A stretch of DNA of 64,000 nt from an uncultured cyanobacterium (lineage in GTDB: Bacteria > Cyanobacteriota > Cyanobacteriia > PCC-9006 > JAAUQQ01). The notes under the pieces were generated by a model. That model made no database searches. It saw only the letters and a program-made list of their open reading frames with translations, and was not told where the DNA came from. A program made the position numbers and the translations under genes. Location: assembly GCA_963718615.1 (NCBI GenBank), contig OY970368.1:5632001-5696000 (forward strand). Direction: 5' to 3'. Position 1 is the first letter of the stretch. Every line of letters starts with the position of its first letter. Positions 57,634-64,000 of the stretch are shown here, piece by piece.

Positions 57634-59362
57634 CTTGTTTCATCCAGTCACGACCGAGCAGGACCGTGATATCGGAGTTGATATCGCCTAGGCTATCAAC
57701 TATGACCTCACCCAATCCTAGGCTGCGCTGGACTTCCTTCGCCGCTTCTAGATCACCCCGACGGGCCACAATTCGCGTCACCGGCAGCGTTTCTGACCAA
57801 TCCTCCTGAGCAAAGACATAGCCATATCCGGCTTGAGTAAGCTGATCCAAGGCTCCATTGAGCGCAAGTTCTTCCCCAGTGCTGTTCTGAACAGCAATGC
57901 GGAGGGTGGGGTTAGTCTTTGCTTCGGCGTGGTTAGCCCCGAGGACCTGGGCTCCACTGAGATTGCCATTGAGGTTGTCATTGAGGTGGCCATAGAGTCC
58001 TAGGGTCCGACCGGTACGGTTGGTCTCTGGATTGGCGGTATAGGTTGCCCCGCTGGACTCGCTGCCATATTCACCCTCTAGACGTTCTGCTGGATCCCCA
58101 TTGCCCAATTCGTCCAATTGCCCCCATGCGCCAGGGTCGGATGGTCGTGCCAGACCTTGAACATCAAAATATTGAGACACCATCGGGTCTAGCTGCTCAT
58201 AGTTAGGTAGCCAGTAACTGGCGCGATACTGCTCTGGGTCACTAAACGACCCTGGCACCATCAGCATTTGCACATCGCTGCGCTGGCTGCGTCCGGCAAA
58301 GTTGACTAGGGCAAAGAGTTCTTCAACGGAGAGATTGGTGTCGAGGTGCGATCGCACAATATTCAAAACCTTCGGCAGCTTGGTCATCGCCGCTGGCGTT
58401 AGGGCCTGCTCAATAAAAGCCCGCATCAGCATCTGCTGTCGCTGGACCCGGCCAATATCTCCCCGGTCATCGTAGCGGAAGCGCAAAAACTGCAGCACCT
58501 GGTCACCATTGAGACGCTGCTTGCCCTCTTTAAGGTTGATATACAGGTGTTGGCTATCGTCTTGGTACTTCATATCCTTGGGGACATAGATTTCGACCCC
58601 GCCCATAGCGTCAATCATCTTTTCGATCGCTTGGACATTGACTCGAATATAGCGATCGATCCCCACCCCATTGAGCAAATCACTCACAGACTGGGCCGCT
58701 AGGGCAGGACCCCCCTCCGCATTGGCTTCATTAATCTTGACCTGGCCCAAACCGGGCACATTCGTCAATGTATCGCGCGGGATCGACAACAGCGTTAGCT
58801 TTTGCCGTTTGGGATCAAAGCGAATCAGCAACATCGTATCGCTCAGCCCCTCAAAGGAATTGAGCAGAGCATGGTAGCCCAGAATTTCCGACTGAGCTGC
58901 TTCGGTGTCAACATCTGACGTTAACACCTTGGTCCCCAGCACTAAGATATTGACCGGACGATTGAGTTTCGGAAGACTTAGGTTGGTGCCGGAGGCGATC
59001 GAGCCATCCCCGTTGCGGTTGAAAATTGCGGCTTCTGCTGGGCTGAGCTTGCTTTGCAATAGAGGTGTACTCGATAGCGAGACCGCCAAGAGCGCCCCCG
59101 CCGTCGCGGAGACCATGGAGGCAGCCGTCAGCGATAGTGCAATGAGAGCCCAGGGAACCTTTTTCGGCTTGCGGCCTCCCCGCTGCGGTGGAACAGGACG
59201 GCCCCGCGAGGGCGGTGGAGACGCTTTCGCTATGGGGCGAGGGCTATGGCTAGAGCCAGCAGGACGAGGCACAGGTCGGGAAGGCCGCTGGCCCCGAACG
59301 GGCACGGCACCAGACGTTGGACGACGTCCAGCATTATTGGACGCAGGTACAGATTTCCTCAC
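57593..59362 (-). CDS. LytR-CpsA-Psr (LCP) family protein with LytR_C domain
   Basis: NILVLG, SDTMLL, LSIPRDT, KINEA, FLRFR...GDIGRVQRQQ, C-terminal DITVLLGRDW. Confidence 0.93.
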   Translation of the reverse strand: MRKSVPASNNAGRRPTSGAVPVRGQRPSRPVPRPAGSSHSPRPIAKASPPPSRGRPVPPQRGGRKPKKVPWALIALSLTAASMVSATAGALLAVSLSSTPLLQSKLSPAEAAIFNRNGDGSIASGTNLSLPKLNRPVNILVLGTKVLTSDVDTEAAQSEILGYHALLNSFEGLSDTMLLIRFDPKRQKLTLLSIPRDTLTNVPGLGQVKINEANAEGGPALAAQSVSDLLNGVGIDRYIRVNVQAIEKMIDAMGGVEIYVPKDMKYQDDSQHLYINLKEGKQRLNGDQVLQFLRFRYDDRGDIGRVQRQQMLMRAFIEQALTPAAMTKLPKVLNIVRSHLDTNLSVEELFALVNFAGRSQRSDVQMLMVPGSFSDPEQYRASYWLPNYEQLDPMVSQYFDVQGLARPSDPGAWGQLDELGNGDPAERLEGEYGSESSGATYTANPETNRTGRTLGLYGHLNDNLNGNLSGAQVLGANHAEAKTNPTLRIAVQNSTGEELALNGALDQLTQAGYGYVFAQEDWSETLPVTRIVARRGDLEAAKEVQRSLGLGEVIVDSLGDINSDITVLLGRDWMKQVNRHSAWHDTPAQ

Positions 59363-59383
59363 ACCTTTTCTCTCGAACGAAAT

Positions 59384-59800
59384 TTAAGGCAATCGCTCCC
59401 CGATGGCGCTCATGCCGGGTAACCACAACCGCTTCCGTCGCCAGAGCTGCACCATCAGCCACAGACTCGTAAGGAAGTAGCTGGAGGTTAACATGCTACT
59501 GAAGACTAACGCCATGAGTGGCGGCGTTTCCGACAAAGAACTGCCTATCCCACAGAGCGACACTGTCAAAACCCACGCGAGGGCTAGCACAACCGCTAGG
59601 CGGCTGACTTGCTGTTCCCGTCGATCTTCTACCTTGCGGTATAAACTCAGCAAAGCAGGCACAAACCCGACCACTGGAATCAGGTACAAAAACAGGCGGA
59701 GCCGCCGGAGATCGTCACGTTCCAGATCATCTGAGGCTTGATCTGCTGCTGGGACAGAGGAATCCTCTGGGGAGATATTAGAGGATACATCAGGGGGCAT
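59384..59800 (-). CDS. Small hypothetical membrane protein
   Basis: Three hydrophobic segments (LYLIPVVGFVPAL etc.); directly upstream of the LCP gene. Confidence 0.7.
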   Translation of the reverse strand: MPPDVSSNISPEDSSVPAADQASDDLERDDLRRLRLFLYLIPVVGFVPALLSLYRKVEDRREQQVSRLAVVLALAWVLTVSLCGIGSSLSETPPLMALVFSSMLTSSYFLTSLWLMVQLWRRKRLWLPGMSAIGERLP

Positions 59801-59944
59801 TTGAAGTTAAGCGCTGGTGTTGACCGTTGGCCTAGCTTATAAACTAAATCACCCCTCACTGTCGAGTTGCCTATTGGTTTATTCAACGTGGGGGAGTCTA
59901 ACCCCTAGCTTTTTTGAAGAATTTGATTCAGTAATTTTTGGCAA

Positions 59945-60967
59945 TTACCTTGTGCTTAGCAATACTTGATCTAGATTCAGTGGAGCGATAGACCGGCAGG
60001 GGGCGGACGAAGCAGACGACGCGGACAGTAGGTCCGTTGCTAAGCCTTCTGAGGAGGGGGATTCGAGGCCAATCCGAGTGCTATTGCGATAGTGCCGGAG
60101 CAGGGTCTTGACTTCTCTGTGCTGCCGAATTGTTTGCAGGAGACTATCGGAGCGAAACCGATGGAGAGCCCGCTGGGGATGAATCTCGAAGGCTCGTGCT
60201 AGAGCGGTTAGAGCCAAGGGCAGATCGTCTTGGAGCAGATAACAGCGGGCTAATCCCCACTCCGCATCAAAATTATCCAGACGGTAGTGTAAGGAGGCTT
60301 GGTAGCTGGCGATCGCCTCATCGTACCGCTCCAGCTTCTGCATCAGACCCCCCCGATAGTTCCAGGCGTAATAGCAGCTTTTTTTGACCGCAAGGGTGGT
60401 TTCGATGCTGGCGAGAGCCTCGGCGTACTGATGCCGTTCGGCTAGTGCTGTCGCCCGGTGGTACCAGGCTTGGTATTTTTCGGGTTTGAACTGGATTGCT
60501 TGGTCAAAACTCTCGATCGCTTCTCGATAGCGGTTGAGGGAAATCAGGACTTTGCCTCGGTTGTACCAAGCGCGATAATCCTTGGGTGCAAATCGCAGGG
60601 CTTGATCAAAACAATAGAGGGCGCTGGCAAATTCCTGGAGCTGCCCCAAAACAATCCCTCGACCCAACCAAGCGGGTGCATATTTCGGGCAGAGGGTAAT
60701 GGCCTCAGAGAAGCTGATGCCCGCTTCCGCATAACGGCCTAACTTTTCTAAGGTGTAGCCGCGATCGCTCCAGGCCACGTAATTTTTATCGTCATCCGCT
60801 AAAGAGCGGTCATAGCGGAGCAGAGCCCCTTCATGCATCCCCAAGCTGCTAAAGGTCTGACCACTACGGTGATGCGTCGTCGCTGCCGTACGGTCGTGAG
60901 AGGCGGCTGAGGAAGCCGTAAAGGAATCGGTGCCGGTGGTATTGAAGGATGAGTTCCGAAGATGCAC
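59945..60967 (-). CDS. Tetratricopeptide repeat protein
   Basis: About six AWxxRG...L..Y.EA...F..A TPR units. Confidence 0.9.
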   Translation of the reverse strand: MHLRNSSFNTTGTDSFTASSAASHDRTAATTHHRSGQTFSSLGMHEGALLRYDRSLADDDKNYVAWSDRGYTLEKLGRYAEAGISFSEAITLCPKYAPAWLGRGIVLGQLQEFASALYCFDQALRFAPKDYRAWYNRGKVLISLNRYREAIESFDQAIQFKPEKYQAWYHRATALAERHQYAEALASIETTLAVKKSCYYAWNYRGGLMQKLERYDEAIASYQASLHYRLDNFDAEWGLARCYLLQDDLPLALTALARAFEIHPQRALHRFRSDSLLQTIRQHREVKTLLRHYRNSTRIGLESPSSEGLATDLLSASSASSAPCRSIAPLNLDQVLLSTR

Positions 60968-61123
60968 GGTTCTGAGTCGATAGAACGTTTCCGAGACCTA
61001 ACTGGATTATAGGAATCTGACTTTGGGAATGCGGTTCTTTCAGCCCGAAGGGAGTCAATTTTCTTACAATCTTCAAAGTACGTGGTGTTTTGTGCGCTTC
61101 TGTTCAAGTTTTCTCTTGTGAGT

Positions 61124-62197
61124 CTAAATTAGGCGCTTGGCCCAGGCGATCGCTTCTACCATGCTGGTTTCAGCCGCTTTGCCTTGGCCCGCGATATCAA
61201 AGGCGGTGCCATGGTCCGGCGAGGTGCGCAGGAAGGGTAAGCCAATCGTCGTATTGACAGCCCGGTCAAAGGCCATCAACTTCACAGGGATCAGCCCTTG
61301 ATCGTGATAAAGCGCTAAATAGGCATCGTAGGGCTGGCTAAGAACTTTGACGGAATCGCTCGGTAACTTGCCATACCAAGCTTGACCGGGTGCTACCCAG
61401 AGGCTGTCCGGCGGAATGGGGCCATCGATCCAGGCCTGGGGAAACTGCTGGCGAGCTTGCTCTAGCCAAGGAATCAGCCAGTCCTGTTCTTCTGAGCCGA
61501 GCTGTCCCTGTTCGCCACTGTGGGGATTGAGACCGGCGATCGCCACCCGAGGCCGCTCCAACCCACAACGGTCCTGCAAAAACCGCAGGAGAAGGCTAAG
61601 TTTCTGGGTCATCAGCTCCGGCGTCAGGGCTTGGGGCACCTGGCTCAGGGGAATGTGGGTGGTGGCGAGGAGCGTACGCAGGGTCCATTGGGTGTGGGGC
61701 GATCGCCCGAGAAAAATCATGCCGTAGTCCCTAGATCCGGTTCGCTCGGCTAAAAGCTCTGTCTGCCCTGGATAAAGATGACCGGCAGCTTTCCAGGCGG
61801 ATTTAGCGATGGGGGCCGTGACCACGGCATCGGCTTGGTTCCCGAGGGCCAGATCTATCGCGCGATTCAAGGTTGTAAAACTAAGGGCTCCGCTGGTGGC
61901 GGAGGGGTGACCCGGTGTGATGGGGTGGGGAAGCGGGATATCAATGAGCGAAAAAGCGTCCGGTGGGGCAGCGATCTGGCCGAGCTGGGTCAGGGTTTGG
62001 TAGGTCTGTTCCAAAAGAGTCTTGCTGCCGACTAGGGTAATCTCGCAATCCGCCACGACTTTAGGATGGGCCAGGGCTTTGAGGATGACTTCTGGCCCGA
62101 TGCCTGCGGGGTCGCCGAGGGCGATCGCCAATCGGGGTTTTTGAGCGGGGCGAGCGGTTTCAGAGGCACAGGCTGAAACGGAAGGGGTTGATATCAT
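61124..62197 (-). CDS. pdxA: 4-hydroxythreonine-4-phosphate dehydrogenase
   Basis: [58 protein letters not shown]. Confidence 0.96.
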   Translation of the reverse strand: MISTPSVSACASETARPAQKPRLAIALGDPAGIGPEVILKALAHPKVVADCEITLVGSKTLLEQTYQTLTQLGQIAAPPDAFSLIDIPLPHPITPGHPSATSGALSFTTLNRAIDLALGNQADAVVTAPIAKSAWKAAGHLYPGQTELLAERTGSRDYGMIFLGRSPHTQWTLRTLLATTHIPLSQVPQALTPELMTQKLSLLLRFLQDRCGLERPRVAIAGLNPHSGEQGQLGSEEQDWLIPWLEQARQQFPQAWIDGPIPPDSLWVAPGQAWYGKLPSDSVKVLSQPYDAYLALYHDQGLIPVKLMAFDRAVNTTIGLPFLRTSPDHGTAFDIAGQGKAAETSMVEAIAWAKRLI

Positions 62198-62261
62198 GGG
62201 TCAATGGGAAGAAATGAGACCTGACGCATGGGTCCAATAAAGGTGCAGAGGTCATGATTGT

Positions 62262-63044
62262 ATGGGGCGTTATTTCAAGGTCCTCTATCGGTTTTGGACA
62301 GCGGCGATCGCTGCCGAGATGGAGTATCGCATCAATTTTTTGTTGGCGACGGTAGGCAGCATCGGCAATTTTGTCGGCAGTTTATTCAGCCTGTTTCTGT
62401 TCTATCGCACGGGCTACGAATTTCCCGGCTGGAGTTGGAATGAAGCCCTGATCGTTTTGGGCTTATTTACATTGCTCCAGGGCTTTTCCGCGACGTTCTT
62501 GGCTCCCAACCTCAATCGCATCGTCAAGCATGTGGAGCAGGGCACCCTCGATTTTGTCTTGCTCAAGCCCATTAGCTCGCAGTTTTGGCTTTCGACCCGG
62601 ACACTGTCCTTGTGGGGGCTCCCGGATTTGCTCTTTGGCGTGGTTCTGATTGGCTACGCGGGCCAAAAAATTGCCCTGGCCCCTGGGGCCTATGGCTCGG
62701 GCCTACTGCCGCTGGTGCTGAGTTTTGTGATTCTCTATAGTCTCTGGTTTATGTTGGGCGCGACCAGCATTTGGTTCGTCAAGGTCTACAACGTCACGGA
62801 GGTGCTGCGCGGTCTGGTCGAAGCGGGCCGATTTCCCATCGTGGCCTATCCAGCGGCCTATCGATTTTTCTTTACGTTTGTGGTGCCGATCGCCTTTCTG
62901 ACGACGGTTCCGGCTGAAACGATGCTGGGTCAAGTGACAACGGGATGGCTGGTGGCTTCGGTGGGGCTGGCAGTGGGGCTATTGATTGCGGCTAACGGGT
63001 TTTGGCGATTTGCCCTGCGGTTTTATACCAGCGCTTCTAGTTAG
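62262..63044 (+). CDS. ABC-2 family permease (ABC2_membrane_6/DUF990)
   Basis: EYRINF, GTLDFVLLKP, GRFPI, FTFVVPIAFLTTVPA, YTSASS. Confidence 0.85.
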   Translation: MGRYFKVLYRFWTAAIAAEMEYRINFLLATVGSIGNFVGSLFSLFLFYRTGYEFPGWSWNEALIVLGLFTLLQGFSATFLAPNLNRIVKHVEQGTLDFVLLKPISSQFWLSTRTLSLWGLPDLLFGVVLIGYAGQKIALAPGAYGSGLLPLVLSFVILYSLWFMLGATSIWFVKVYNVTEVLRGLVEAGRFPIVAYPAAYRFFFTFVVPIAFLTTVPAETMLGQVTTGWLVASVGLAVGLLIAANGFWRFALRFYTSASS

Positions 63045-63054
63045 GCTTGAGTTT

Positions 63055-63942
63055 TTAGGTTTTCGTGGAGCCAGATTCCTGTCGCAGATTTTGCACCTCG
63101 GCCAGGGTTAGTCCTGTGGTTTGGCTGATCGCTTCATCTCCCAGTAATTGCAGGAGTTCCCGTGCGATGCGGAGTTTGGCGTTGCGATCGCCCTGTTCAA
63201 GCCCCTGCTCAAGCCCCTCCTGTAGGCCCTGTCGTAAAGCCAAGCGAATGGCATTGCGTTGGTCGTGGATAAAGATTTCCTGATGTTCTAAGTCTTCTAA
63301 TTCGTCGGGTTCTAGATTGGCGATGTTGGCGATTTCAAAGGCTTGGCGGATGGCTGGGATTTGGGCGATCGCCCCCGGAACCTCTTGGAGCTGTTTGGCG
63401 TTTTTCAAAAAGAATAGCCATTGCTCCATCAAGGTCGAGCGTGCATCTAAGGATTGGTTAAATTTGGGTAATTCGATAAAGACCAATTCCAAATCGTAGG
63501 TGGGATAGTCGATGAGAAACTCTTTTTCTTTGAGCACAAAGCAAGAGCGATAGTCCTCCAGTGCTTCAAACATCACAAAGTCTGTGATCGTGAGGGCGAT
63601 GACTGGATTGAGCAGCGTATAGTCGTTACCTACAGAAAGCTGGGTTGAATAGGCTTTGGCAGCGTTGTAGAGAATTCGTTTTTCAAAACCTTCGATGTTG
63701 AGCACTTGCATTTCGATGATGACGCTGGTGCCATCGGCGAGTTTGGCTTTGACATCGAGATAGGTGTCTTTCATACCCCGAATGCGGGGGGCTTGGTAGG
63801 GGTTAAGGATGTCAAGAGATTGGATGGTGGGCTGGCCGTCGTAGAGGAGGCCGTTGAGAAAGCTGATGAGGATTTCGTGGCTTTGGTCGGAGCCAAAGAT
63901 TTTTTTGAAGGCGAAGTCGGTTTTGGGGTTGATGAAGCGCAT
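63055..63942 (-). CDS. Rpn-family PD-(D/E)XK nuclease / putative transposase
   Basis: NPKTDFAFKKIFG, LDVKA...IIEMQ, FIELPKF, W.FFLK, C-terminal GLQEGLEQG repeats and TGLTLAEV. Confidence 0.9.
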   Translation of the reverse strand: MRFINPKTDFAFKKIFGSDQSHEILISFLNGLLYDGQPTIQSLDILNPYQAPRIRGMKDTYLDVKAKLADGTSVIIEMQVLNIEGFEKRILYNAAKAYSTQLSVGNDYTLLNPVIALTITDFVMFEALEDYRSCFVLKEKEFLIDYPTYDLELVFIELPKFNQSLDARSTLMEQWLFFLKNAKQLQEVPGAIAQIPAIRQAFEIANIANLEPDELEDLEHQEIFIHDQRNAIRLALRQGLQEGLEQGLEQGDRNAKLRIARELLQLLGDEAISQTTGLTLAEVQNLRQESGSTKT

Positions 63943-64000
63943 GGGACTTCTGGAGCCAGGGGATGAGGTTCATGGCTCTAGGGTTATTTTAACGTGGGGC

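Larger units (their letters stand above)
1..64000. repeat. Dispersed HIP1 palindrome (GCGATCGC, often GGCGATCGCC), a cyanobacterial signature
   Basis: The octamer recurs many times across the window, in genes and between them (e.g. ~1144, ~1198, ~12388, ~33501, ~62121). Confidence 0.95.

Overview
This is a 64-kb chromosomal window from a cyanobacterium, shown by very dense HIP1 octamers (GCGATCGC, mostly as GGCGATCGCC), psaL/psaI, Uma2 genes and a PEP-CTERM protein. Housekeeping blocks are glyA-wecA-like-cinA, potD/potB, mlaE, psaL/psaI, SUI1, LCP and pdxA. Accessory modules: (i) a two-component trio; (ii) a membrane pseudo-caspase followed by a signal-peptide-less 5xLysM lysozyme-like protein; (iii) a HicB-like/VapC toxin-antitoxin pair; (iv) a CHAT(His-Cys intact)-CHASE2 / DUF928 / divergent sigma-like module; (v) an AT-richer island bounded by an IS3 remnant and a broken gene, with a candidate NtcA promoter, a PvdE-type peptide exporter, three glycosyltransferases and three sulfotransferases but no NRPS; (vi) an SBP-EEP-cardiolipin synthase run; (vii) a TPR / HPD-less J-like / GrpE-like / lid-truncated Hsp70 / Bax-inhibitor-1 cluster, the best candidate for an undescribed system; (viii) a PEP-CTERM vanadium haloperoxidase; (ix) an MglB-MglA-DUF4388 trio; (x) an Rpn-family nuclease. 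Two small genes absent from the ORF track were read by hand: psaI and a 40-aa membrane peptide. I saw no tRNA, rRNA or CRISPR array. All family calls come from motif recognition by eye, not database searches.
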